This document shows positions 45,424-55,040 of a stretch of DNA of 64,000 nt, one piece after another (positions within the stretch are counted from its first letter, which is position 1; each line of letters starts with the position of its first letter). Both the position numbers and the translations under genes were made by a program. The notes beneath the pieces are model-generated. The model was not told the origin of the DNA and searched no databases. It saw nothing but the letters and a program-made list of their open reading frames with translations. The stretch spans positions 1 through 64,000 of the forward strand of contig CAVYZN010000001.1 of assembly GCA_963773065.1 (NCBI GenBank), in the 5' to 3' direction. The stretch comes from an uncultured Gammaproteobacteria bacterium (lineage in GTDB: Bacteria; Pseudomonadota; Gammaproteobacteria; UBA9214).

Positions 45424-45888
45424 ATGCCGAACATTGTTACAGTATTGAAGGAGGAAATTACCAGACTTGCTCGCAAGGAACTTCGTAATCAGACAGAATG
45501 GATGAAGAAGGCGTCGGCGCAATACCGGCGAGATATTGCTGCCTTGAAACGGCAGGTGGCGATGCTTCAGCGGCAGGTTTCCCATGGCGGTAAGCATGTT
45601 CCCGGGATGACCGCCGCTCAACCCGGCGACGAGACCGCAACGCGGGTGCGAATCACGGCGAAGGGGCTACGTTCGCAGCGGATACGCCTGGGGCTCTCGG
45701 CGGGCGATTTCGCCAGACTCGTGGGAGTGAGTCCCAAGTCAGTTTATAAGTGGGAGCTGGGAACGGCGCGCCCTCGCAAGGGTCACCTCTCGGTACTTGC
45801 TCCCTTACGTGGGATCGGCAAGAAGGAAGCTCGAACCCGTCTGGCGCAACTCGACGAGCAGCAAACCAAGCGGGCGCGCAAGTCCTGA
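45424..45888 (+). CDS. Coiled-coil plus XRE-type HTH DNA-binding protein
   Basis: MPNIVTVLKEEITRLARKE coiled coil; RIRLGLSAGDFARLVGVSPKSVYKWELG HTH. Confidence 0.8.
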   Translation: MPNIVTVLKEEITRLARKELRNQTEWMKKASAQYRRDIAALKRQVAMLQRQVSHGGKHVPGMTAAQPGDETATRVRITAKGLRSQRIRLGLSAGDFARLVGVSPKSVYKWELGTARPRKGHLSVLAPLRGIGKKEARTRLAQLDEQQTKRARKS

Positions 45889-46113
45889 GCCGTGCAATGT
45901 TGCCGCCTCGACGATGGTCTCGGCATGCTGGGTATCATTCTTGATGGATTTACGCTCGGTTTGACGAACTGTGCCAGAGGAAGTGCTAACAACCCCTCAC
46001 TACCAGAACCCATACGGATTAAAACGCCCGTGCAAAGGACGAAGGGACGTGGCCGAACCTTTTCGACGCCCGCACCGGGATGCCGAGTGGAACATTCCGG
46101 AAGACCCGATGAC

Positions 46114-47133
46114 TCAAAGTTTTTCCAGGAACTCCTCGGGCATGTCGACCGCCAGTTGCAAGGCGCCATCCGCGCCGGCATACAGGGGGTCCTGAATGCA
46201 GGTGAATTTGCAGGGCTCGAATTGCTTCATGGCGTCAGTTAGGTAGGTATCCAGGTTGGTGAGCTGACTGCCGCCTCCGGCGAGGATAATATTGTTGCGC
46301 ACGCTTTCCTGGAATTCCGGGTCGAAGCTGGCGATGAGGTCGATGACGGTCTCGATGATCGCGGGCATGGGGCTCTCGCAGGCTTTGCGCATTTCCTCGG
46401 TGATATCGAACTGGGTGAACTTGCCGTCCACCGGCGCTTCGACTTTTACCCGCCGCTTCGACTCGCCCACGAAGCCGTGTTTCTCCTTGAACTTGCGCAC
46501 CATGTTCAGGGTGAAGTCGGCCTCGGGGTGCTTCTCGGTGAGCAGCCTCAGAAGTTGCTCGTCAACATAGTCACCCGCCGTGAGGAGGCTGCGCTGGTCC
46601 CCTTCCAGAGGCACCGTGCCGTGCATGATGCAGAAATCCACGGTGCCCGCGCCGATGTCGATGATCATCGTGTTGTCCAGGGTTCCCAGACCATAGGCCA
46701 CCGAGAAGGGTTCGGAGACTACCATCAGCTTCTTCGCATGGTCGGATACGGCGTTCCTGATGGCCAGCTTGTTTACCTTGAGCGCTTCGGCCGGTACGCC
46801 AACCGCGACACAGATTTCGTCCCCCGGACCGGCTTCGGCCATCGCGATCAGGTGGCCGATCAACTCGCGTACGGCGGCCTCGTCCCGCTCGGTGCCCTCT
46901 TTGATGACACCGTTCTGCAGCGGCCGGGACAGCGTCAGGGACAGTCGGTGCTCCAGGGCCTCGCCGCCGAACAGCGCACGCTTGCCGAGCATCTTCTTGG
47001 CGACGAAATCCTTGGGCCACCCGACGTAGCTCTCTACCCATTTCCGGTTGCCGTTGCTGGCGGAGACCACCGACCTGGAGGTGCCGAGATCGATCCCCAC
47101 GTAAAGCATGTTATCTTTCTTGCTTGACGACAT
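46114..47133 (-). CDS. MamK-family actin-like ATPase
   Basis: GIDLGTS (phosphate 1), VGWPKD, GVPA, VVSEPF.VAYGL, IIDIGAGTVD (phosphate 2), AGDYVD, AGGGSQ (adenosine) and GAL.LA. These align better with MamK than MreB. AGAGGA RBS upstream. Confidence 0.88.
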   Translation of the reverse strand: MSSSKKDNMLYVGIDLGTSRSVVSASNGNRKWVESYVGWPKDFVAKKMLGKRALFGGEALEHRLSLTLSRPLQNGVIKEGTERDEAAVRELIGHLIAMAEAGPGDEICVAVGVPAEALKVNKLAIRNAVSDHAKKLMVVSEPFSVAYGLGTLDNTMIIDIGAGTVDFCIMHGTVPLEGDQRSLLTAGDYVDEQLLRLLTEKHPEADFTLNMVRKFKEKHGFVGESKRRVKVEAPVDGKFTQFDITEEMRKACESPMPAIIETVIDLIASFDPEFQESVRNNIILAGGGSQLTNLDTYLTDAMKQFEPCKFTCIQDPLYAGADGALQLAVDMPEEFLEKL

Positions 47134-48271
47134 GTTGTATTTTTCCTCTTGCTATCGTTCTCTGGGATGCGCGTCGTTCAAGGTATCCTACGATCCCTGT
47201 TTCCAGAAAGCCTGCGACACTGTCCCGGTAACCGGGTGTACCCAACCGGGTTTCCTCCTCCTTGTTGCTGATGCAGGAAACCTCGACCAGCACGCTCGGC
47301 ACTTCCGCGTCCAACAATACCATAAACGGCCCGGTCTTGGCCCCGGCATCCACGAGGTCGGCGTTGAGTCGCTTCAGATTAGCATAGAGGTGCTTGTGTA
47401 TGGAGATGGCCAGCGCCTTCGATTCCTCGGTCTTCAGGGTGTCGCCGATCCTTGCGATGATCTTGTGGAAGTCTCCCATGACGTAATCGGAGTCGCGGTT
47501 TTCCTTCGCCGCCAGATCGAGGGACTGTTGATCCGTGTAGGGCCCGAAGTAATAGGTCTCGAGGTAATTCACGGCCTTGACCGGCAGTGAGTTCACGTGG
47601 ATGGAGACGAACAGGTCCGCATGGTTTTCCTTGGCGAACGCCACCCGCTCCTTCAGGTAGACCTTCCTGTCCTCCTCGCGTGTGAGCAGGACACGGTAAT
47701 TCCCGGACTTGGTGAGATTGTCGCGCAGGCGCCTGGCGATATCCAGGGCGACATCCTTCTCTTTGAGCCCCTGATGTCCGGTGGCACCCGGGTCGATACC
47801 GCCATGTCCCGGGTCGATGACGATGGTCTGCACCTTGAGGTCGAAAAGGTCGGCCATGGGCAAACCGAGCTGGTTAAGCATAGCCTCGTACTGCTCGGCG
47901 GTGTCAGCGGTGGTCCCGAAGCTCGCCGGCGCTTCCTCGTTCCGTAGGAGATTGACCCCGGGGTTCGATCCTGCGGGTGTGCCGGCAAGGATGGACCGCG
48001 CGGCCTGTTCTCCCGTGACCTGCATGGCGACCGGGCCGGAACTGTCCACCGAGACGAGCCGGAAATTGATGCCGAGCAGAGCGGCGAGACCGAGCAGCGT
48101 GACGATGACAGTCTTGCCCCGATGTCCGAATCTTTTCAGGGAAAGTGGTGTAAGCGGCGGTGCGGGCACGGACCGCGACCGTCCCGTGCCCGCGGAGGTA
48201 CGGGGGATGCCCAGGTTGTCCTCGTAGACACCTCGAAGCACGGCCAGCTTGATATCCGGATGACCGCTCAT
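47111..48271 (-). CDS. Membrane-anchored N-acetylmuramoyl-L-alanine amidase (Amidase_3)
   Basis: IVIDPGHGG, KEKD, FVSIHVN and VLVEV give the Zn ligands and catalytic Glu; one TM after a ~50-aa N-tail. Confidence 0.92.
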   Translation of the reverse strand: MSGHPDIKLAVLRGVYEDNLGIPRTSAGTGRSRSVPAPPLTPLSLKRFGHRGKTVIVTLLGLAALLGINFRLVSVDSSGPVAMQVTGEQAARSILAGTPAGSNPGVNLLRNEEAPASFGTTADTAEQYEAMLNQLGLPMADLFDLKVQTIVIDPGHGGIDPGATGHQGLKEKDVALDIARRLRDNLTKSGNYRVLLTREEDRKVYLKERVAFAKENHADLFVSIHVNSLPVKAVNYLETYYFGPYTDQQSLDLAAKENRDSDYVMGDFHKIIARIGDTLKTEESKALAISIHKHLYANLKRLNADLVDAGAKTGPFMVLLDAEVPSVLVEVSCISNKEEETRLGTPGYRDSVAGFLETGIVGYLERRASQRTIARGKIQHVVKQER

Positions 48272-48696
48272 GGACCTTAGGCAGAGGCGCGCGGGGTGCG
48301 CGTCAACGGCTCGGTGGGGGGTACGGCGTTTATCGAGGTGTTGTCTTGCCTGATCAAAACGGCGTAGATCGGGTTCAGTTCCATAGCTGCAACTATCTTA
48401 ATCGAATTGCGCGAACCGGTACACGATCGCAGGGCCGTACCGCTACCCGGGGAGCCAAGGGCAGGAGGTGCGGGCGGACTCGCGTAATCCGCCCTGTCTC
48501 CCCTCCTGCCCTTGGCCGATTGGCTATATGGCATTGCTACAGATGGCCTTAGTAATCGGCGATCCGCAATCCGGGACTCCACGAACGGCTGGCACATACT
48601 GCATCCGGCATCTATACTGAAAGGCCGTTCCAATGACGTTGCTATAACAAAAACACAGCAGGAAATGTTGCAAGATCATAATAAAAGGTAAAATTT

Positions 48697-49544
48697 TTGA
48701 GTACCCTCAAACAGCACTGGCAAAAAGTCATTGCTACCATAAGACCATCATTGAAACCGCGAGCGCTTTTTCGCCGAGCCCGGAGGAACTCCAACGCGAT
48801 ATCCTGTCTCTCACCAGGGAGAATCACACCTTGGCGGGGGAACTGGAACGGTTCCGTGCTGAATGCGAGCGTGTCAAGTCTGAAGAAAATCGAAAGATCG
48901 AGGCCCTGGAACAGCTCCGCCAGGAGGCGGATACCGCCAGGGGAGCGGATGCGGAAAGGCTGGCGGAGCTGCAACGGCGGTTCACGGAGACTGAATCCGC
49001 TCGCGAACAGGCGTGTGATCAGCTCAGAGGGATCGAGACCTCCCTGGCTGAATCATCTGATCGGCTGGAAAAACGGAATAATCAGCTCAGGTTTTTGCAG
49101 AACTCCACGAGCGAACAGATCAAGGCGCTCGAGACATCCCTGGCCGAGGCATCAAGCCGACTGGAAACAAGAGACAACCAACTCAGCGACTTGCAGGACG
49201 CGACGAGCGAATGGATCAGGGCGATCGAGGCATCCCTGGCTGAAATGTCAAGGCGGCTGCAAACAAGCGAGAACCAGTTCAAGGGCCTGCAGGTCAGGAT
49301 AGCGGAACAGGCAAAGCAGCTTGATACCCACTTCTCATACACCACCTCCCAGGTGGGAGCAACGAATAATCAGCTCAAGGCATTGGAAAAGAAGCTCGAG
49401 GTTGAACACAAGCTGACGTTGAACATGTTCCAGGAAACACAGAGTAAATTGCACAAACTTCGTCGGCAGTTGATCTGGATAATGGTGGCCGCTGCATTTG
49501 CGTTTGTGTTGGTGGCAGGTGCGGTGCTCATCCGGGATGTATAG
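48697..49544 (+). CDS. Coiled-coil protein with 32-aa repeats and C-terminal TM anchor (probable frameshift at T-run 48767-48771)
   Basis: Repeats such as QIKALETSLAEASSRLETRDNQLSDLQDATSE; C-terminal IWIMVAAAFAFVLVAGAVLI. The intact ORF is 48831-49544. Confidence 0.7.
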
Positions 49545-49770
49545 AGGAGTACCAGCAGCTTGCGTTGTTCGTGCGTGAGCGCTGCCGATTAATGCAGGAT
49601 CAATGGTTCAGTATCGATTGGTCCAATGGGTGTTTGGTAATGATCGGTTTAGGCAACAGGTTGAAGCTATGATTGGCCATCAGATACACCCACGCCCTCG
49701 GCCTGGACTGTGGGTCACCTTGGTTTCCCGGGGCGCGTGCGCAGACATGCTGACGTCTCGCACGGCAGGC

Positions 49771-49977
49771 TTACACCTGTTGCCTTTTAAGAATTTCCCT
49801 GATGTACACGGAGAACTCCGCTACATCAAACGAGATATCATCCTCGCGCCGATCCGGCATATGGCGACGCTCGAACGTTACCACGCCCCCCGTTATGTCG
49901 TTTAAAGGAAAGAATGACACGGGGCGGTAGCGCCGACGTTGCCCCTTTCTTCTTGTCTGTAAAATCTCTTCTTGCAT
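49771..49977 (-). CDS. Small Arg-rich hypothetical protein
   Basis: RRKGQRRR...FPLND..G..V..ERRHMPDRR. Confidence 0.55.
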   Translation of the reverse strand: MQEEILQTRRKGQRRRYRPVSFFPLNDITGGVVTFERRHMPDRREDDISFDVAEFSVYIREILKRQQV

Positions 49978-50223
49978 AGGGTAGTAATGTAGCCGATGAC
50001 TATGGAAAATCCAGCATTATGTGTAGTGTCATGCAGTTTCAACAGCCTGCGGCCTGTTGATGCAACTGGCCCGAGATTTAATTGTCAACTTAATGATTAT
50101 CATACTATGGCCTCATGAGGCAAGCCCGTCTGATAGACCAGCAACCTGACGGGTCCAAGTAACCTGACAACATGATACCCATCGCACCGGTCCGCCGGCG
50201 CTTCGCCCGGCCGTGACGGGCTT

Positions 50224-50406
50224 TCAATCGCCATACCGCTTCATGGCGAGATCCAAGGCAAGTGCGACACCGGTGTAGATGGCGAGAAAAAGCAGGAATC
50301 GCGCGGGAAAGAAATCGAGCCACGACAAGAAAGGCAGCGCGAGATACGCGACTATCGCCGCTATCAACCCCGGGAGTAACCGTATCGCTGTTATAAACGT
50401 GTTCAA
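50224..50406 (-). CDS. Small two-TM hypothetical protein
   Basis: 60 aa with two hydrophobic segments. Confidence 0.55.
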   Translation of the reverse strand: MNTFITAIRLLPGLIAAIVAYLALPFLSWLDFFPARFLLFLAIYTGVALALDLAMKRYGD

Positions 50407-50541
50407 AATGGCCTGTGAAGAGGATGATCAGCACCCATTGACGTCCTAATTTTAGGGAAAAATGTGCTCTGACACGATCTATTTTGACTATAGTTTCAGT
50501 ATCCAATCGTTTTTTCCGGCACGGGCCGCAGGAGGTGCATC

Positions 50542-51024
50542 ATGGCTATTGCAAATACGGTGCGGAAGTGTCTCGAAGATGTGAATATCGAATATGACGT
50601 AATGGCGCATCCCCACACCAAATCCAGTTGCGACACGGCGAGAACGGCCAGGGTGCCCGGTGACCAGATCGCCAAGTCGGTGATCCTGGAAGACGAACGG
50701 GGTTACTTGATGGCCGTGGTGCCCGCGACCCATCATATCCAATTGGGGCAACTCAGCCAGCAACTCGGTCGCCATCTGGGTCTGGCCACGGAACAGGAAC
50801 TGCGGATGCTGTTTACCGATTGTGAGATGGGAGCCATTCCACCGCTGGGAGAGGCCTACCACATGGAAGTCATCATGGATGACAGCCTGGCAACGTGCCC
50901 CGACATCTATTTCGAAGGCGGTGATCACACCGACCTGATCCATGTGCGGCACGATGACTTTAGGAAACTCATGCAGCATGCGCGGCATGGCATGTTCAGC
51001 CGGCAGGTGTCGTCATTCGGGTGA
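50542..51024 (+). CDS. YbaK/EbsC family aminoacyl-tRNA deacylase-like protein
   Basis: AKSVIL, DCEMGAIPPLG and YFEGGDH motifs; GGAGG RBS. Confidence 0.88.
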   Translation: MAIANTVRKCLEDVNIEYDVMAHPHTKSSCDTARTARVPGDQIAKSVILEDERGYLMAVVPATHHIQLGQLSQQLGRHLGLATEQELRMLFTDCEMGAIPPLGEAYHMEVIMDDSLATCPDIYFEGGDHTDLIHVRHDDFRKLMQHARHGMFSRQVSSFG

Positions 51025-51222
51025 TAGTCGACGCGGCGTAGGGGTGAACTGGCAGGGGGAGAGTCTGATTCATTCATAGCAAACCGCGAAGGACGCCAAG
51101 AGACTCGAATGTAAAAGATCGTGGCGTTCACGGCGTTCTTGGCGGTAGAGTGGTTTTTAGGGCTGGGCGTGAAACGCCGGTTTAAAGGTGCAGGAATAAA
51201 ATAATCACTTTGCGGGGACGCG

Positions 51223-51453
51223 ATGACCGATACCATGGACCCGATCATCCTCAATGTGCTGTACGCCGCCTCGGGGGGAGGGCTGACGCTGCTGTTCATG
51301 TGGCTCGGGTGCAAGATGTTCAACCGCGCGGTGTCCTTCAACATCAGCGACGAACTGGGCAAGGGCAATATCGCCGTCGGCCTGATGGTGATGGGTCTGC
51401 TGATCGGCATCGGCATTGCCGTCGGCCTCACGGTCGGACTGGGTTTGAACTGA
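51223..51453 (+). CDS. DUF350 family small membrane protein
   Basis: FNISDELGKGNIAVG motif and two TMs. Confidence 0.8.
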   Translation: MTDTMDPIILNVLYAASGGGLTLLFMWLGCKMFNRAVSFNISDELGKGNIAVGLMVMGLLIGIGIAVGLTVGLGLN

Positions 51454-52064
51454 TGCGCAAGGCGGGGTGGCTCGCGCTGACCGCACTCACCGCCGTCATG
51501 GTATGGCGATTGCTGCTCGCCGCCGGGATGCATGCCGTCGATTCACCCGACTGGACGGATAACTACGACGCTTATTTCCGCAAGTACGCGAAGCATTATT
51601 TCGGGCCGAACCTCAACTGGCGCTGGTTCAAGGCCCAGGCCATCGTCGAATCCGGTCTGCGCAGCAAGGCAAGGAGCAAATCCGGGGCCGTGGGCGTCAT
51701 GCAGATCGTACCCTCGACCTTCAGGGAGATACAAAAAGACAATCCCCACTTCACCGATATCGCGAGCCCGCGCTGGAACATCGCCGCCGGCATCTACTAC
51801 GATCGTCAATTGTACCGGCGCTGGCAGGACATTGCCTACGAGGCCGACCTGCTCTATTTTGCCTTCGCAAGCTACAACACCGGCCATGAGCGTATTTCCA
51901 GTGCCGCGGACAAGGTTGGCAAGACACCGGCGCGCTGGAAACACGTAGGGCCATATACACCGAAACAGACACGCGACTACGTGAATCGGATCCGCGTGCT
52001 CATGGAGAAACCAGCGGTGCAGCTTCCGTCGGCGGAACTTGTGGTACAGGACTCCGATGTCTGA
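51453..52064 (+). CDS. SLT-domain lytic transglycosylase (MltF catalytic-domain-like)
   Basis: KAQAIVES, GAVGVMQI, ASYNTG and QTRDYV motifs; start overlaps the DUF350 stop. Confidence 0.85.
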   Translation: MRKAGWLALTALTAVMVWRLLLAAGMHAVDSPDWTDNYDAYFRKYAKHYFGPNLNWRWFKAQAIVESGLRSKARSKSGAVGVMQIVPSTFREIQKDNPHFTDIASPRWNIAAGIYYDRQLYRRWQDIAYEADLLYFAFASYNTGHERISSAADKVGKTPARWKHVGPYTPKQTRDYVNRIRVLMEKPAVQLPSAELVVQDSDV

Positions 52065-52174
52065 ATCCCGCGGGGGTCCGCCCTAGCGATTCGAGTGTCC
52101 CAGGTCCTGCTCCGGCGCCACGCGATCGCGCACCAGTTGCCGGCGTTTCGAAACCTTTCGTTCGGGAGGTCACT

Positions 52175-53275
52175 ATGCCGCGTCGCTGGTATATCGGATG
52201 GGTGCTGCCGGTGGGTCTGGTCGTCCTGTCCCTGGCCGGCTGCGCGCATGCGCCGGAATTGCATACCGTCGGCCGGCTCGATCAGGCGCCCGGGAATATC
52301 ACCGTCACGCCGCAGCGGCGGATCATCCTGAGCATGCACCCGTTTTTCAACCCCGACTGGCGCGTCGCCGAATGGACCGGCGCCGGACTTCGGCCGTTTC
52401 CCGACCGGGAGATCGCGACCGGCAACGATCCCGGCGTGCCGCTGTACTCGGTGCTCGGCATCCGCAGCGACAGCCGGGGAATCGTCTGGATGCTGGATAA
52501 CGGCCGGCGCGGCACGGCGCCGCCACAACTGGTCGCCTGGGACACGCGCCGGAACGCCTTGCACAAAATCATCACCCTGCCGGAACCGGTCACGCCCGCC
52601 AACACCTTCGTCAACGATCTGGCCGTCGATGAAACGCACGGCAGTATCTATATCGCCGACCCGGCCGGGGGCGACAATGCGGCCCTGATCGTCGTTGACA
52701 TGCACAGCGGCCGCGCCCGGCGCGTGTTGCAGGGGCATCGAAGCGTCGTGCCGGAAGACCTGGATCTGGTCATCGACGGCCACCCGGTGGAAATCCACCA
52801 GGCGGACGGTGCGCTCCTGCGGCCCAGGGTCGGCGTCAACCCCATCGCCCTCGATGCCGGCAACGCGTGGTTGTACTACGGTCCCATGACGGGGACCTCG
52901 CTCTACCGGATTCGCGTGGAGGATCTGCTGAACGAGGCGCTCGCCCCCGAGGCGCTGGCCGGCAAGGTGGAGCGCTATGGCCGGAAACCGGCCTGCGACG
53001 GGATCTCCATCGACAACGCCGGGAATATCTACGTCACGGATGTCGGCAACAACGCCATCGGCGTGATCGGGCGGGACGGCGAGTATCGCATTTATCTTCA
53101 GGACCCGCGCCTCTCATGGCCGGATGCCTTCAGCTTCGGCCCCGACAACCGCCTCTACGCGGTAGCCAATCAACTGCACAGGTCTGCGCTGCTGCATGCC
53201 GGCGTGCCGACCGCCAGCCCGCCGTTTTATATCTTTTCCTTTGAACCCCTGGCCGGAGGCGTGACCGGACGCTGA
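52175..53275 (+). CDS. Major royal jelly / yellow (L-dopachrome tautomerase-related) family lipoprotein
   Basis: LAGC lipobox, VWMLDNG, NDLAVD, DGISID and LSWPD motifs. Confidence 0.82.
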   Translation: MPRRWYIGWVLPVGLVVLSLAGCAHAPELHTVGRLDQAPGNITVTPQRRIILSMHPFFNPDWRVAEWTGAGLRPFPDREIATGNDPGVPLYSVLGIRSDSRGIVWMLDNGRRGTAPPQLVAWDTRRNALHKIITLPEPVTPANTFVNDLAVDETHGSIYIADPAGGDNAALIVVDMHSGRARRVLQGHRSVVPEDLDLVIDGHPVEIHQADGALLRPRVGVNPIALDAGNAWLYYGPMTGTSLYRIRVEDLLNEALAPEALAGKVERYGRKPACDGISIDNAGNIYVTDVGNNAIGVIGRDGEYRIYLQDPRLSWPDAFSFGPDNRLYAVANQLHRSALLHAGVPTASPPFYIFSFEPLAGGVTGR

Positions 53276-53454
53276 TGAGAAGCACCAGCGTGTCAGCCTT
53301 CCAGGCTGCGGCGAATAAACGACGCCTGAATGGAGTCTGATCCCGTTGGCTTGCTAAGATTTATGCAACAATCCCCGGCTGGTAGAGTTGCTGCCTGCCG
53401 CCATCCCTGACGATCGACCCGTAATTACAAGGCGATTGAATGTGACTTTAGTGC

Positions 53455-54261
53455 ATGGACCAGAAACCTGTTGAGGATCTGCTGCTGCGGCTGCGCTGCG
53501 CCGCGGACGAGGAACTGATGGCCCGCTTCAACCGCGTCGGCGCCCGGATCAAGGCGGATGGATCGCTGGTGACAGAGGCCGATCTGGCCATGCAGATGCG
53601 GATGCAGCGGGAGCTGGCCGGCATCTTTCCGGTGTATGGATTCCTGGGGGAAGAGATGGACCTCGATCAGCGCCAGGCGCAAATCGATAAGCCGGGGGCG
53701 GGGTTCTGGGTGCTTGACCCGCTGGATGGAACCAGCAACTTCGTGACCGGCATCCCGTATTTCGCGGTGTCCCTGGCGCTGATAGTAGCGCGCCGGGTCG
53801 AACTCGCCATGGTCTATGATCCCGCGCGCCAGGAGTTGTTTCATGCGCTGGCGGGGAAGGGTGCCTGGCTCAACGGGAAAATACTGGGTAAGCGCGCCGC
53901 CCCTGCCTCACTGCGCACGGCCATCGCGCTGGTGGATTACAAACGCCTGCCGGCGGAATTGGCCCAACGCCTGGTGGCGGCGGCGCCCTATGGTTCCCAG
54001 CGCAGTTTCGGTTCGGTGGCGCTGGATTTCTGCTGGCTGGCCGCCGGCCGTGGCCATGTCTACCTGCATGGGCGGCACAATCTCTGGGACTATGCCGCCG
54101 GCCTGACCATACTCCACGAGGCCGGTGGACATGCGGTCACCCTGGATGGTTCGCAACAGCCGCTGTTCGACCTGCGGCCGCGTTCCACCGCGGCGGCGCT
54201 CGATGCGGCATTGTTCGCCGAGTGGCGCCACTGGCTGGGTATCGCTCCCCGGCAGGACTGA
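53455..54261 (+). CDS. Inositol monophosphatase family protein
   Basis: VTEAD, GEE, WVLDPLDGTSNF and WDYAAG motifs. Confidence 0.92.
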   Translation: MDQKPVEDLLLRLRCAADEELMARFNRVGARIKADGSLVTEADLAMQMRMQRELAGIFPVYGFLGEEMDLDQRQAQIDKPGAGFWVLDPLDGTSNFVTGIPYFAVSLALIVARRVELAMVYDPARQELFHALAGKGAWLNGKILGKRAAPASLRTAIALVDYKRLPAELAQRLVAAAPYGSQRSFGSVALDFCWLAAGRGHVYLHGRHNLWDYAAGLTILHEAGGHAVTLDGSQQPLFDLRPRSTAAALDAALFAEWRHWLGIAPRQD

Positions 54262-54380
54262 TGCCTGCCGTGAACCTGCGGTTCGTTACTTAATTCTGAC
54301 GACGGAAATGTCAGGCTTGCGTGACGAGCGCCGCCGGATAGCCCGGGTCCGCGCGGCCTCATCCCGATTCCCGCTTGCCG

Positions 54381-54785
54381 TTATTCGTCTTCGACATCCA
54401 CCCAGGCATCGTCGGCGCTCTCTTCTTTGACTATGTCTTCGATGTCGTCATCGCTGCGTGGCTCTGCCGCCCGGCGCGCGGCGCCGCCATGCTCGGGTAT
54501 ATTCAGGGTGCGGACGCGGCGGTCCTTGAAATTGCGGCGTGCTTCCGCATAGGCCGCGTCGAGCTCCTTGATCGTTTTTGCCTCGCCGGATTTTAACTCG
54601 CGCAGTTTCGGCTCGACGATCTCCCGTGAATATTCGAGTATCTCGCGCCGGGCGAGGTTGAACAGGAACACCGTTCTCAAGCTGCCCGTATCCAGCCGTT
54701 CGTCACGGATTACCGGTGAACTGCGGTCGCCCGCCTCGAGGTAACCGTACCAAAGGGAACTTTTGATTTTCGAGGATCCCGACAT
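54381..54785 (-). CDS. Hypothetical protein with acidic tail
   Basis: Coding-like codon usage; WYGYLEAG...YSREIVEPKLREL. Confidence 0.7.
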   Translation of the reverse strand: MSGSSKIKSSLWYGYLEAGDRSSPVIRDERLDTGSLRTVFLFNLARREILEYSREIVEPKLRELKSGEAKTIKELDAAYAEARRNFKDRRVRTLNIPEHGGAARRAAEPRSDDDIEDIVKEESADDAWVDVEDE

Positions 54786-55040
54786 TGTAGTCTCACCTGA
54801 TCGTTTTGGTTCGATGGTTTCATGACCCGCGCCGGATGCCGGCGCTGTGCGGAATATTAGCCACGTTTATTGATTTGTCCAGATGCAAGTTAAGGGGCCA
54901 TCTGTCCCGGCGTGGGGCACGGGTCCGAACGGAATGGGGGGTGTCTACCCCGACCGCCTTGAGGTTTCTTTCGATATCGCCGGAAATCCCCGTCGGGGCG
55001 GGTCTTCGATTACCATGCCGTCTTCATGGTCTGATTCACT

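Noticed and set aside
46114-47133. MreB or plasmid ParM partition system
   Set aside because: No mreC/mreD and no parR/parC-like downstream gene or iterons; motifs match MamK better; context is chromosomal
48585-48605. Sigma54 promoter (tggcac...gc) in the amidase/coiled-coil intergenic region
   Set aside because: GG-to-GC spacing is 8 nt rather than the required 10
45000-50500. Magnetosome gene island
   Set aside because: Only the MamK-like gene is present; no recognisable mamA/B/E/M/O/P/Q or mms genes in the window
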